A stretch of DNA of 64,000 nt, from NCBI GenBank assembly GCA_032128115.1, contig JAQBHB010000018.1, forward strand, positions 27,136-91,135, given 5' to 3'. This DNA is from Deltaproteobacteria bacterium. GTDB taxonomy: Bacteria > Myxococcota_A > UBA9160 > SMWR01. Each line of letters starts with the position of its first letter. The first letter of the stretch is position 1. Under the pieces are notes generated by a model that was given only the letters and a program-made list of their open reading frames with translations, did not search any database and had not been told where the DNA came from. Of this stretch, positions 28,604-39,839 are shown piece after piece. Position numbers and translations under genes: made by a program.

Positions 28604-30079
28604 TCAGGAACGATTCAGCGGCGGCAGCACCTGGGACCAGCTGGCTCCCCGGTCCTGGCTGCGCAGCACCAGGCCGTCCTGCCCCACGATCAGACCCAGG
28701 CGATGCGCGCCATCGAAGTCCAGATCGCGCATGAACGTGAAGATCCGGGGAAAGCTTTCGCCCGGAGGCTGCCAGGTATTTCCCGAGTCATTGGAGAATC
28801 GGATGAAGCCCTTCTCGCCCACGGCGATGCCACGCTCACCGAAGCTGGCCACCGAGAACAGGGCCTGTTTGCGGTCCATGATCCGGTAGGCCCAGGTGCG
28901 GCCACCGTCGTCCGAGACCAGCATCACACCTCCCAGGCCGGCAATCATGCCGTTGTTCTCGTCCTTGAAGCGGACCGTATACAGATAGGGGTTCTGGATG
29001 ACGCCCACCCGAAGCGTGGGCCGATCGGACTGGCGACCTTCGATGTAACGCGTCAGGAAGGTGGGGTCGTCCACCAGGAAGTCCTCGAAGTCCCAAGGCG
29101 GCTTGTTGGGGATGCGGAAGCGGTCGGAGAGCACCCCCGCGTCCTCGAGCACCGCGGTTGCCTCGCCGATGCGCGCCGATAGCAGGTCGAACAACGCGTA
29201 GGGATCCTGCGCGGAACCCAGAGCCGCCACCTCCTGAGGGCTCACGTAGGGCTCGATCAGGATGTTCAAGTGCGTCTCGTCGCCCACGTCGGCGGCGAAG
29301 CGGCGCAGCCGTTCCCCATCGGCGCCGCCGATCTCGATCTCGTTGTGCCCGAAGTAGATCGGGTCCATGCGTATGTCGCCGAGGATCTGCCCGGTCTCCC
29401 AGGTCTCTCCCATGTCGTCCGACCGATAGATGTATCCGAACTCACCGACCGCCCAGCATTTCTCGGGTTGGGCCGGCAGACAGAAGACGTTGTTGAGGCC
29501 CACGTCTTCGTAGACCTTCTCGCCACTGCGAACGCGCGCCTGGTCGCGCGCCTCGAGCCACACGAACTGCGGGTGGTCGAACGCGATGGTGAGCGACCGA
29601 TCCTCCCAGGTGGCTCCGCCGTCCCGGGTCAGGATCCGGGTTCCCCACTCCCCCACCGCCCACGCGATCTGGGAGTCGATGGCGTAGACGCCGAACAGGT
29701 GAGAGCCCTCGTCGGTCTTCAGGTTGGCCTGCCGCTTCCAGGTCTTGCCGCTGTCGTCGGTGCGCAGGATGGTGCCCAGCTGGCCCACCGCCCAACCGTG
29801 ACGGTCGTCGGCCATGGAGACCGAGTACAAGGATTCCAGGGAATCCGTCTCACCCTTGCTCCAGATCTCGCCGCCGTCCTCGGTCCAGTAGATGGCGCCC
29901 TGGTAACCCACGGCCACTGCGTTGTCCTCGTCGGCCACCGACACCGCGAACAGGTTGTCGAAGATGTCGATGTCGCCAGGTGCGTAGCGCGGCGTGAAGT
30001 CGAGCACGTGGCAGCCGGTACCTGCCAGAGCCAGGGCTCCCACCAGGGCGATCAGAGGTCGCGTGCGAAGAATTCCCAT
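28604..30079 (-). CDS. YCF48-like/BNR-repeat beta-propeller lipoprotein with an inserted domain
   Basis: Lipobox TGC and repeated AVG...T/S-D-D-G-G-x-T-W Asp-box units. Confidence 0.85.
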   Translation of the reverse strand: MGILRTRPLIALVGALALAGTGCHVLDFTPRYAPGDIDIFDNLFAVSVADEDNAVAVGYQGAIYWTEDGGEIWSKGETDSLESLYSVSMADDRHGWAVGQLGTILRTDDSGKTWKRQANLKTDEGSHLFGVYAIDSQIAWAVGEWGTRILTRDGGATWEDRSLTIAFDHPQFVWLEARDQARVRSGEKVYEDVGLNNVFCLPAQPEKCWAVGEFGYIYRSDDMGETWETGQILGDIRMDPIYFGHNEIEIGGADGERLRRFAADVGDETHLNILIEPYVSPQEVAALGSAQDPYALFDLLSARIGEATAVLEDAGVLSDRFRIPNKPPWDFEDFLVDDPTFLTRYIEGRQSDRPTLRVGVIQNPYLYTVRFKDENNGMIAGLGGVMLVSDDGGRTWAYRIMDRKQALFSVASFGERGIAVGEKGFIRFSNDSGNTWQPPGESFPRIFTFMRDLDFDGAHRLGLIVGQDGLVLRSQDRGASWSQVLPPLNRS

Positions 30080-30261
30080 CGGAATGCCATCCCCCCGGAC
30101 CGGGAACCCGGTCTGGTCTTCCGTCGGTGGGCCCGGAAGTCATCTCCCGAGCATCGGTTCCCGAGACTTCAACCCCTGGAAACCCGGTTCTGTAAACTAG
30201 CCGCTTGCGCGTCGTCAAGGAACCGGATTCCGCCGAACCCATCGAAAACCCGCGAGGGGCC

Positions 30262-31632
30262 ATGCGGCCAACCGGGGGGTTGGCCCCGCACGCGGCCAAA
30301 AAACCCGTCGCAGCGCGGAAAACGCGCCGCTTCTGGCTGCGCCGGCTGGGGCTCTTGCAGGCCGCCAGGCTCGCCGGATGTGCCCTGGCGATCGCCTGGG
30401 ATGCGCTGCTCGCGGGGGTGCACGGGGCGCAGGGCCGGGCGGGCTTCCCCCGCCGCGCAGCCGACCGGGTCGTCTCGGCCCTGGGCGCACTCAAGGGCGC
30501 CTTTGCCAAGTTGGGACAGTTCGCCGCCCACCGGGTCGACGTGCTCCCCAGGTCGACCACCGAGGCGCTGGCTTCCCTGCGCGACCAGGTGCCCCCGGTG
30601 CCTCTCCAGACCTTGCGCCCCCTGCTGGAAGCGGAACTGGGCGCACCCCTGGAAGCATGCTTCGAGCAGTTCGAGCCCGAACCCCTGGGCGCCGCTTCCA
30701 TCGCCCAGGTACACCGGGCGCGGCTTGCCGATGGCCGGCTCGTCGCAGTCAAGATCCAGTATCCGTGGCTGCGGTCGTCGCTTGCGGCCGACCTCCGGAT
30801 CGTGCGGGCCCTGTGGGCACTGGCCTCGCCCTGGGGCACGACAGACAGCGGGGCCCGACGCCAGATCCTCTCCGAGTTCGAGACCGGCCTGCGCGAAGAA
30901 CTCGACTTCGCGCGCGAGGCGCAGATGGCCGCTGAGATCGCCACCAACCTGGCGGGCGACGATCAGATCGCGGTGCCCAGGGTGGTGGCCAGCCACTCAT
31001 CGGCCCGCGTGCTCACCGTGGAGTACCAGGCCGCCGTCCCCATCACCGACCGGCTTGGCCTCGCCCGCATCGGCGTGGATCCGGGCGCGTTGGTTCCGAT
31101 CCTGATGCGCGCCTACACCCAGCAGATGTTCGCAGACGGTCTCTTCCACGCCGATCCCCACCCGGGAAACCTGTTCGTCGTCGACGAGCCCGGGGCCGCC
31201 GAAAAGCCGCGCCTGCTGTTCGTGGACTTCGGGCTCAGCCGACGACTCGCCCCCGCTCTGCGCCGCGAAATCCGCCTGGGCATCCACGCCCTGCTCCGGC
31301 GCGACCTGGGCGCTTTTCTCGGCGGTATGGATCGCATGGGAATGATCGAATCCGGGCGCCGCGACGATGTGGCCCGGGCCGTGACCGGGATGTTCCAGCG
31401 CATCGGCAGCCGGGGGGCATTGGGCGTCTCCGGCCGCGAAGTGCTTCCGCTCAAGGACGAGGCCAAGACCCTGCTTCAAGAGACACCCGGACTGCGCCTG
31501 CCCCACGATCTCCTGCTCTACGCGAAGACCCTCTCGTACGTGTTCGCCCTGGGTACGGACCTGGATCCGGAGGTGGACCTGATGAAGCTCTCGCTGCCCT
31601 CGGTGCTCCGCTTCCTGGCCGAGAAGGACTGA
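30262..31632 (+). CDS. ABC1/AarF/UbiB family atypical kinase
   Basis: KLGQ, AASIAQVHRA, VAVKIQYP, ELDF, FHADPHPGN, DFG. Confidence 0.92.
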   Translation: MRPTGGLAPHAAKKPVAARKTRRFWLRRLGLLQAARLAGCALAIAWDALLAGVHGAQGRAGFPRRAADRVVSALGALKGAFAKLGQFAAHRVDVLPRSTTEALASLRDQVPPVPLQTLRPLLEAELGAPLEACFEQFEPEPLGAASIAQVHRARLADGRLVAVKIQYPWLRSSLAADLRIVRALWALASPWGTTDSGARRQILSEFETGLREELDFAREAQMAAEIATNLAGDDQIAVPRVVASHSSARVLTVEYQAAVPITDRLGLARIGVDPGALVPILMRAYTQQMFADGLFHADPHPGNLFVVDEPGAAEKPRLLFVDFGLSRRLAPALRREIRLGIHALLRRDLGAFLGGMDRMGMIESGRRDDVARAVTGMFQRIGSRGALGVSGREVLPLKDEAKTLLQETPGLRLPHDLLLYAKTLSYVFALGTDLDPEVDLMKLSLPSVLRFLAEKD

Positions 31633-31652
31633 CGCCCCGGCGCGGGCCCGCC

Positions 31653-32888
<1,236 letters not shown>

Positions 32889-32962
32889 CTGGACCTCCGG
32901 AGGGCGAGTCTAACCAAAAAACCGTGGCGTCCGCGAAGGGGGATGCCGGCGAGCCCGCCGGA

Positions 32963-34009
32963 TCAGTGCGCGAACTGCAGGATCGAGTGGAACAGGGCCA
33001 GGGCCAGCAGGCCCGAGGCCACCAGCGGCAGGAAGCGCGCGTTCCGCAGGCCCGACACCTCGATCTGGTGCATGCACAACCACAGCATCAGGGTGTTGGG
33101 CAGCCGCGTGGTGCGCTCCGCGAGAACCGGAGAGATCGACAGGCGCAGGTCTCCCGGTCCCAGCAGGGCGATGGCGGCCACGGCGCACAGCCACACGCAG
33201 AGCAGCACGCCCGTGGTCTCGTCGCGTTGCCCGCCGGCCACCAGCGCCACCAGCCCCAACGCGATTCCGCCGGCTGAAAAGACTCCAAGCACCTGGTAGG
33301 CGGCCCCGTCGAGCCCCAGAGCGACTGCGGCCCAGGCGTCGGCGCTGGGCCACCCCAGCAGGGGCAGCCACACGGTTTTCGACGCCAGCCAGTGGCCCAG
33401 GGTCGCCAGCTCGGGCCACATCGCTCGCGCCACCGGGCCCCCGTGCGACCCCGCCAGGCAGGCCACCGCCTGCATCGCCATCACTCCGCCGAGGATCGCC
33501 AGGTGCACCCGGTAGGCCGATCCCGCGCGCCGGACCAGCCACACCAGCGCAGGCAACAACGTGAAGGCGAGCGGGCAGAGGGAGCAGAAGACCGCGAACA
33601 GAAGCTGGTGGATCCGCCGTGCAGTGCCCGTCGCGGTGCGCGCGCCAAGCAACACGAGTACGGCGCCCACGGCAGCGCACGACGTGAGCCCGGTCGGATC
33701 CGGCTGGATCTCCGCGCTGCCCGGAACCACCAGGAAGATGAGCAGGGCGAGGGCCTTGCGCGTCCAGCCCCGGAGCAGCCGCGCGGAGCTGGTCACGATC
33801 ACTGCTGCGACGGCAAACGGGATCGCCATGGATCCGAGTGCCGACAGCGCGCTCGTTTCGACAGGGGTCGCGGCGTCGCGGAATGCGATGCAGAACATCG
33901 CCGCCGCGAGCAGGGCCACCCGCAGGAACGGCGCGTGCTCGTCCCCGGGCCGCCACCCGGACGGGCGGAATCCGGACAACCGTTTCCAGAAGCGCGCCCT
34001 GGCGTTCAT
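32963..34009 (-). CDS. Polytopic membrane protein of unknown function
   Basis: About 9-10 hydrophobic segments, co-oriented with the dnaK module. Confidence 0.65.
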   Translation of the reverse strand: MNARARFWKRLSGFRPSGWRPGDEHAPFLRVALLAAAMFCIAFRDAATPVETSALSALGSMAIPFAVAAVIVTSSARLLRGWTRKALALLIFLVVPGSAEIQPDPTGLTSCAAVGAVLVLLGARTATGTARRIHQLLFAVFCSLCPLAFTLLPALVWLVRRAGSAYRVHLAILGGVMAMQAVACLAGSHGGPVARAMWPELATLGHWLASKTVWLPLLGWPSADAWAAVALGLDGAAYQVLGVFSAGGIALGLVALVAGGQRDETTGVLLCVWLCAVAAIALLGPGDLRLSISPVLAERTTRLPNTLMLWLCMHQIEVSGLRNARFLPLVASGLLALALFHSILQFAH

Positions 34010-34067
34010 CGCGCCGTCTCGTCAGGAGCTCGCTGCGGCGCGCTGGGCGCGCTCGCCGCGAGCGGCG

Positions 34068-35018
34068 TCATGCGGGATCCAGCCGGATCGCGGTCGTGCG
34101 ACCAGCGATGGGGTCGATGGTGGTGCGGATGATTCCGCCCAGGTCGCGCACCAGCTCCAGCACCAGCTCCGGCTCGGCATCGCTGTCGGCGTCCGACTCT
34201 CCCGAGGGCGCAGCATCCACGATCGAGATCAGCACGCCGTCCGCGTCCAGGCGCCGTGCCGACAGGGTGACCGTCGCGGACTCGGGCGCGACCTCCAGGC
34301 GCTTGCGGAGCAGGTGCACCAGCGCCTGCTCCAGGCACACGGACTCCCCGGCTACCGGCGGCAGGCCATAGGCCGGCTGCACTTCGAGCTTCACTCCGCG
34401 CTCGGTAAACTCGTCGTCCATCTGCTCGCCGGCAGCGCGCACCACGGGCGCCACGTCGAACGACGAACCGGGTACCAGCGATCGCTGGGGAGCCCCGGAC
34501 AGCTGGCCGAACTTGTCGTCGGACCAGCGCCGGATCCGACCCAAGGCGTTGATGCCGTCCTCGATCACGCTGCGGTAGTGCTCGGCGCGCCGGCCGCGGA
34601 TCTGGCCAAGCACATCGTCCAGGGCCGCTACCATCGCATCCAGGGGTTGGATCACGTCCCGGTAGACCGACAGGAATCGCTCGTCGGACGCCGCCGCCTC
34701 CACCATCAGGATCACGACACCCACCCGGGAGTCCTCCGCCACGATCGGTGACGCCACGGCCGAGAAGCCGCCGCTACCCTGGCGAATGCGGAACCGGACG
34801 TTCTCGCCCTTCTCGCAGGCCTCGGCCACGCCGCGAAGCACCGCCTCGCGCGCGCCTCCTTCGAACAGGTTCGCCAGGGGCTCGCCCGTCACCTCTGCCG
34901 CCAGCACCGAGAAGCTCGCCTCGAAGGCCGGATTCACGTATGCGGCGCGCCCGTCCGGATCGCCCACCACGATGGGCGCATCCAGGTAGCTCAGCAGCGA
35001 CGAAGATGCGGGGCTCAT
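34068..35018 (-). CDS. PAS-domain protein with a degenerate histidine-kinase core (pseudokinase)
   Basis: PAS (DPDGRAAYVNPAFE), HisKA-like helix YRDVIQPLD lacking His, HATPase-like LEQALVHLL...ISIVD...LVRDLGGII lacking the N and G boxes. Confidence 0.75.
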   Translation of the reverse strand: MSPASSSLLSYLDAPIVVGDPDGRAAYVNPAFEASFSVLAAEVTGEPLANLFEGGAREAVLRGVAEACEKGENVRFRIRQGSGGFSAVASPIVAEDSRVGVVILMVEAAASDERFLSVYRDVIQPLDAMVAALDDVLGQIRGRRAEHYRSVIEDGINALGRIRRWSDDKFGQLSGAPQRSLVPGSSFDVAPVVRAAGEQMDDEFTERGVKLEVQPAYGLPPVAGESVCLEQALVHLLRKRLEVAPESATVTLSARRLDADGVLISIVDAAPSGESDADSDAEPELVLELVRDLGGIIRTTIDPIAGRTTAIRLDPA

Positions 35019-36593
35019 CTACTTCTCCTGGGGAAGCTCGGTTCCCGCGTTCTCCAGGATGATGCGCTCGATCTCCTCCTCGGAGAGCGTCCCCGTGGCG
35101 TTCACGGTGATCGACTGCTCGCCGTCGGTCGCCAGATCTCGCGCCGATACACTGACGATGCCGTTCGCGTCGATCTCGAAGGCTACGTCGATCTCCGGTT
35201 CGCCCTTGGCGGCGCGTCGGATATCGCCGAGCACGAACTCGCCAAGCAGATGGTTCTCCGGGGCCCGATCGCTGTCACCCTGGAGAACGCGGATCTTCAC
35301 GGCCGTCTGATCGTCCCGCGTGGTGGTGAAGATATGCGACTTGCGAACCGGCACGGTCGTGTTCTTCTCGATCAGCTTGGCGAAGTGGCCGTCGAAGGTC
35401 GCGATGCCCAGAGACATCGGCGTCACGTCGAGCAGCAGCAGATCGCGATCCTTCTCCACCAGAACGCTGCCCTGGAGCGCCGCACCCACCGCCACGACCT
35501 CGTCCGGGTTCACGCCCTTGTGGGGTCGCTTGCCGAAGAACTCGGTCACCTTCTTCTGCACCATGGGCATGCGCGTCTGGCCGCCTACCAGCACCACGTG
35601 GTCGATCTGCTCCCGGGTGACGCCCGCGTCCTGCACGCACTTTTCGACGATCTCGAGTGTCTTGTCGACGATGTCCGAAACCAGCTCTTCCAGGGTCTCG
35701 CGACTGATCTCCATGTTCAGGTGACGCGCGCCGTTGGCATCGTTGGCGATGAACGGCAGGTTCACCTCGGTGGTGTTCATGGCCGAGAGGTCGCACTTGG
35801 CCTTCTCCGCGGCGTCCTTCAGACGCTGCAGGGCCATGCGGTCGCCCCGCAGATCGATGCCCTCCTCCTGCTCGAACTGCTTCAGGATGTAGTCTACGAG
35901 CCGGCGATCCAGATCCTCGCCACCCAGGAACGTATTGCCGGCCGTGGCGAGCACCTCTACCACGCCCTCACCCAGTTCGAGCACCGAGATGTCGAAGGTT
36001 CCTCCGCCCAGGTCGTAGACGGCGATCTTCTCCTCCACCTTGTCCCGCGACAGGCCATAGGCCAGCGCGGCCGCGGTGGGCTCGTTGATGATGCGAAGCA
36101 CCTCGAGCCCGGCGATCTTCCCGGCGTCCTTGGTGGATTGACGCTGGGTGTCATTGAAGTAGGCCGGCACGGTGATCACGGCCTCGGTCACGGGCTCGCC
36201 CAGGTATTCCTCGGCCACCCGCTTCATCTCGCGAAGGATGATTCCGGCGATCTCCGGGCACGAGAACGTCTTGCCCGAGATCACGATGCGGGCTTCGTCG
36301 TTCTGGCCGCTGACGATCTCGTAAGGGCACAGTTCGATGGCGCGCTCGACCTCGGGCGAGTCGAAGCGGCGTCCAATCAGGCGCTTCGACGCGTAGACCG
36401 TGTCACGCGAATTCGTGATGGCCTGGCGTTTCGCGAGATGCCCCACGAGACGCTTGCCGTCCTGAGAGATCGCGAACATGGACGGGCTCGTCTTGTACCC
36501 CCCCACATTCGGAATCACGACCGGCTTGCCACCGTCCACCACGGCGACGCACGAGTTCATCGTGCCCAAGTCGATACCGATCACTCGGCTCAT
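35019..36593 (-). CDS. Hsp70/DnaK paralog lacking most of the C-terminal lid (524 aa)
   Basis: [41 protein letters not shown] linker and SBD-beta; ends shortly after [10 protein letters not shown]. Confidence 0.9.
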   Translation of the reverse strand: MSRVIGIDLGTMNSCVAVVDGGKPVVIPNVGGYKTSPSMFAISQDGKRLVGHLAKRQAITNSRDTVYASKRLIGRRFDSPEVERAIELCPYEIVSGQNDEARIVISGKTFSCPEIAGIILREMKRVAEEYLGEPVTEAVITVPAYFNDTQRQSTKDAGKIAGLEVLRIINEPTAAALAYGLSRDKVEEKIAVYDLGGGTFDISVLELGEGVVEVLATAGNTFLGGEDLDRRLVDYILKQFEQEEGIDLRGDRMALQRLKDAAEKAKCDLSAMNTTEVNLPFIANDANGARHLNMEISRETLEELVSDIVDKTLEIVEKCVQDAGVTREQIDHVVLVGGQTRMPMVQKKVTEFFGKRPHKGVNPDEVVAVGAALQGSVLVEKDRDLLLLDVTPMSLGIATFDGHFAKLIEKNTTVPVRKSHIFTTTRDDQTAVKIRVLQGDSDRAPENHLLGEFVLGDIRRAAKGEPEIDVAFEIDANGIVSVSARDLATDGEQSITVNATGTLSEEEIERIILENAGTELPQEK

Positions 36594-37888
36594 CGGTTGC
36601 CTCCTCGCTTGCCCCTGCGATTGCGCAGCGATGCAAGTTGTTGCTCGGCCTTCGGGTCCCCGAGGCGTAGCGCTTCTTTGAACGCAGCCTCGGCCTTCTC
36701 CCGGATCCCCTGGGCGCGATAGACCGTGCCCAGCGTCGTGCGGTAGTTGCCCGCATCCGGATTCACGTCACATGCGGTCTCTGCGTACTCGCGGGCCTTG
36801 TCGAACTCCCGGAGCTCGAGACACAGCGTCGCGGCGCGGTCGTTCATCTCCGCGTCACTGGGTCGGTAGTGCAGCGCCTCTTCGTAGAGCTTCAGGGCGT
36901 CCTGGCGAGAGCTGTCATCCCAGGAAGCGTTCGCCTGCGCCAGCAGCTCATCGGCCCGCATCTGATGCACGTGGGCCTGCACATTGGCGAACTCGGCCTT
37001 GAAGCGGTCGTCGAAGGGGTCGAAGGCGATGGCCAGGCGCACGCTGGCTGCGGCTTCCGCCCACCGCTCTCGCTTGGCGGAGACCATGGCGGCGTCGAAG
37101 AACTGGCTGGCCTTGAAGCGCCGTTCCGCGAGCACCTCCTCGGGGATGCGGAACTGCTTGCGCAGCCGCGCCAGCCGCGACCACTTGTCGTGGCGCTTGG
37201 GCGGGCGGAGCGGCTCGGCCCCGGCATCGTTGCCCGCTCCGGCAGCCTGAGCGTCTTCCCCAGGCGCCTCGTCGGCCGAGACCCGGGGCAGGGGCGGCAT
37301 GGAGCGCTCGATTTCGGCACGGGTCGCCGGATCGGACAGCAGCTCATAGGCCTCCACCAGCTTGCGGAAGATCTTCTCCAGGCGGGGCTTGAACTCGCCC
37401 AGCTCGCGCCGGTAGTAGCGATCCGGGTGAAACTCGCGCGAGAGCTGGAAATAGGCGCGCTTGATGTCCTTGGCGTCGGCACTGAACTCGAGATCCAGCA
37501 GCTCGTGGTACGACCGGCCCAGACGCTTCTCGTAGGCGAGGATCCGACGCTGGAGATCCACCGAAATGTCGAGTCCCTCGTCGAGCAGATCGTCCTCGGG
37601 ACCTTTCGGAGGCGGTTTCGGATCGGATTGGGAGGCCTTCTGGGGGCTGGCCAGCTCCGTCTCGGTCACTACCAGCACACCCTCCTCCAGCCAGCGTTTC
37701 AGGCGATCGTCGATCTCGTCCGGAGACAGGCCCCCGATATGGACCAGCACATCCCAGGGAGTCACGCCATCGATACGGGAGAGCAGGAAGCCTTCGGCGG
37801 GGCTGAGGGAGACCTGGCTTGAGTTCCAGTCGGGCGCGAGCTGCGGAATCCGCCGCCTCCCCCCTTCTGCCTCGGCCGCCGATTGCAT
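36590..37888 (-). CDS. J-domain protein with N-terminal winged-helix-like and C-terminal TPR regions
   Basis: YHELL...IKRAYFQLSREFHPDRY...AYELLSDP J-domain, TPR-like C-terminus, ATGA overlap with the dnaK paralog. Confidence 0.88.
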   Translation of the reverse strand: MQSAAEAEGGRRRIPQLAPDWNSSQVSLSPAEGFLLSRIDGVTPWDVLVHIGGLSPDEIDDRLKRWLEEGVLVVTETELASPQKASQSDPKPPPKGPEDDLLDEGLDISVDLQRRILAYEKRLGRSYHELLDLEFSADAKDIKRAYFQLSREFHPDRYYRRELGEFKPRLEKIFRKLVEAYELLSDPATRAEIERSMPPLPRVSADEAPGEDAQAAGAGNDAGAEPLRPPKRHDKWSRLARLRKQFRIPEEVLAERRFKASQFFDAAMVSAKRERWAEAAASVRLAIAFDPFDDRFKAEFANVQAHVHQMRADELLAQANASWDDSSRQDALKLYEEALHYRPSDAEMNDRAATLCLELREFDKAREYAETACDVNPDAGNYRTTLGTVYRAQGIREKAEAAFKEALRLGDPKAEQQLASLRNRRGKRGGNR

Positions 37889-38068
37889 GGATCCCCCCCG
37901 TCGGAGCCCGAGGGCTCCACCGTCCTCGATTCATCGGCCGGCGGGATCGAGAAGCTGAGGCGGGAGGCGGGGACGGCCCGTGTATTTGCCGGGCGCTCTG
38001 CCCGGGGGCGCCCCCACTTACCCGCGGGGATGACACCCGGAGAAGCGTCCGGTTAGAAGGCGGTCCAG

Positions 38069-38983
38069 TCAGGTAAGAAGGCGCTCCAGGATGGCTTTCT
38101 GGGCGTGCAGGCGATTCTCGGCCTGGTCCAGCACTACGCTGCGGACGCCATCCAGCACCTCGTCCGTGATCTCCTCACCCCGGTGGGCGGGCAGGCAATG
38201 CATGATCCAGGCCTCCGGTGCACCCTCCAGCAACCTGGCGTTCACCTGGTAGCCGGCGAAGACCCGAAGCCGGGCCTCCCGCTCGTGCTCCTGACCCATG
38301 CTGGCCCAGGTGTCGGTGTAGACGAAGCCCGCACCCCGAATTGCCTGGGCGGGATCCTCGCACCAGCTCAGGCGGGCGCCGCTGGCGGCCGCCAGGGCAT
38401 CGGCCTGGCTCCGGATCGCCGCGTTCGGCCGATGGCTCGCGGGGGTCCCCAGGCGCAACTCGAGACCCAGAACGGCCGCCCCCAGCAACAGCGAGTTGGC
38501 CATGTTGTTGCCGTCGCCCACATAGGCGATCACCGCATCCTTGAGTTCGACCTTCTCCGCCATGGTCTGGAGATCGGCCATCACCTGACACGGGTGGAGC
38601 AGGTCCGTCAGCCCATTGATCACCGGGATCGACGCCTCCCGGGCCAGCTCCTCCACCAGCCCGTGGCTGAAGGTGCGGGCCACGATGCCATCCACCCAAC
38701 GCGACAGATTGGCCGCCACGTCGCGCGGCGCCTCGCGGGTGCCGATCCCCACCTGCTCGGGGCGCAGCAGGATCGCATGGCCGCCCAGCTGGGCGGCGCC
38801 CGCTTCGAAGGTGACGTGGGTGCGCAACGAGGGCTTCTCGAAGAACAGGGCCAACGAGCGGCCCTGCAGGGTCTGGGGCCGCACTCCGCGCGCCAGCAGC
38901 TGCTTGAGCTCGCGGGCCCGGTCCAGGATCTGGTGCAGATCGTCGGCGGGCCAATCGGCGAGCGAGAGGAAATCCTTCGGCAT
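38069..38983 (-). CDS. argF: Ornithine carbamoyltransferase
   Basis: FEKPSLRT, HPCQ, DTWASMGQE, HCLPAHRGEE. Confidence 0.95.
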   Translation of the reverse strand: MPKDFLSLADWPADDLHQILDRARELKQLLARGVRPQTLQGRSLALFFEKPSLRTHVTFEAGAAQLGGHAILLRPEQVGIGTREAPRDVAANLSRWVDGIVARTFSHGLVEELAREASIPVINGLTDLLHPCQVMADLQTMAEKVELKDAVIAYVGDGNNMANSLLLGAAVLGLELRLGTPASHRPNAAIRSQADALAAASGARLSWCEDPAQAIRGAGFVYTDTWASMGQEHEREARLRVFAGYQVNARLLEGAPEAWIMHCLPAHRGEEITDEVLDGVRSVVLDQAENRLHAQKAILERLLT

Positions 38984-38987
38984 GGCG

Positions 38988-39839
38988 TCACCCCGAAATC
39001 AGCGTGCCGACTCCGCCGTCGGTGAAGATCTCGAGGAGAATGGCGTGGAGCATGCGTCCGTCGATCACGTGGGTGCTGGCGACGCCGCTTTCCAACGCCG
39101 CCAGGCAGCACTGAACCTTGGGAATCATGCCATTGCGGATGGTGCCCTCGGCGATCAGCTTGCGCGCCTCCTCCGCCCCCAACTGTCGGATCAGGTGGCC
39201 GTCGGCGCCCTTCACACCCGCAACGTCTGTGAGCAGCATGAGCTTCTCGGCGCGCAGGGCGCGGGCAATGGCCCCGGCGGCCTCGTCGGCGTTCACATTG
39301 TGGGTGACACCCCTGGCGTCGACGCCGATGGGGGCGATCACCGGCACGTAGTTGGCGTCGTTGACCGCGGCGATGGGAGCCGGGTCCACCGCCACGACTT
39401 CGCCCACCCGGCCCAGGTCGCGGTCGTCCACCAGGCGTTGGGTCACGCGGATCATGCCGCCGTCGCTGCCCGTCAGGCCCACGGCCCGCCCGCCGGACTG
39501 CTGGATCAGATCGACGATCTCGCGATTGACCTTGCCGCCGAGGACCATCTCCACCACGTCCATGGTCTCGTCGTCCGTGACACGCAGGCCGTCGACGAAG
39601 GTCGACTTCACGCCCAGGCGCTCGAGGGTCGCCGCGATCTGGGGGCCTCCCCCGTGCACGATCACCGGGCGCAGGCCGATGGAGCGCATCAGCACCACGT
39701 CGACGGCGAACGACGCGCGCAAGGAGGCGTCGCTCATGGCGCTGCCCCCGTACTTGATGACGATGGTCTTGCCAGCGAAGCGCCGCATGTAGGGCAACGC
39801 TTCGATCAGCACCTCGGCTTTGTCGGTCGCGGCCTTCAC
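38988..39839 (-). CDS. argB: Acetylglutamate kinase
   Basis: EALPY, IKYGG, VHGGGPQI, GLRVTD, NVNAD, GMIPKV. Confidence 0.95.
   Translation of the reverse strand: MKAATDKAEVLIEALPYMRRFAGKTIVIKYGGSAMSDASLRASFAVDVVLMRSIGLRPVIVHGGGPQIAATLERLGVKSTFVDGLRVTDDETMDVVEMVLGGKVNREIVDLIQQSGGRAVGLTGSDGGMIRVTQRLVDDRDLGRVGEVVAVDPAPIAAVNDANYVPVIAPIGVDARGVTHNVNADEAAGAIARALRAEKLMLLTDVAGVKGADGHLIRQLGAEEARKLIAEGTIRNGMIPKVQCCLAALESGVASTHVIDGRMLHAILLEIFTDGGVGTLISG

Noticed and set aside
35019..36593. Calling this the housekeeping dnaK or a pseudogene
   Set aside because: It lacks the lid and grpE/hrcA context. The ORF is intact and abuts the next gene with no lid remnant, so a specialised paralog is more likely.
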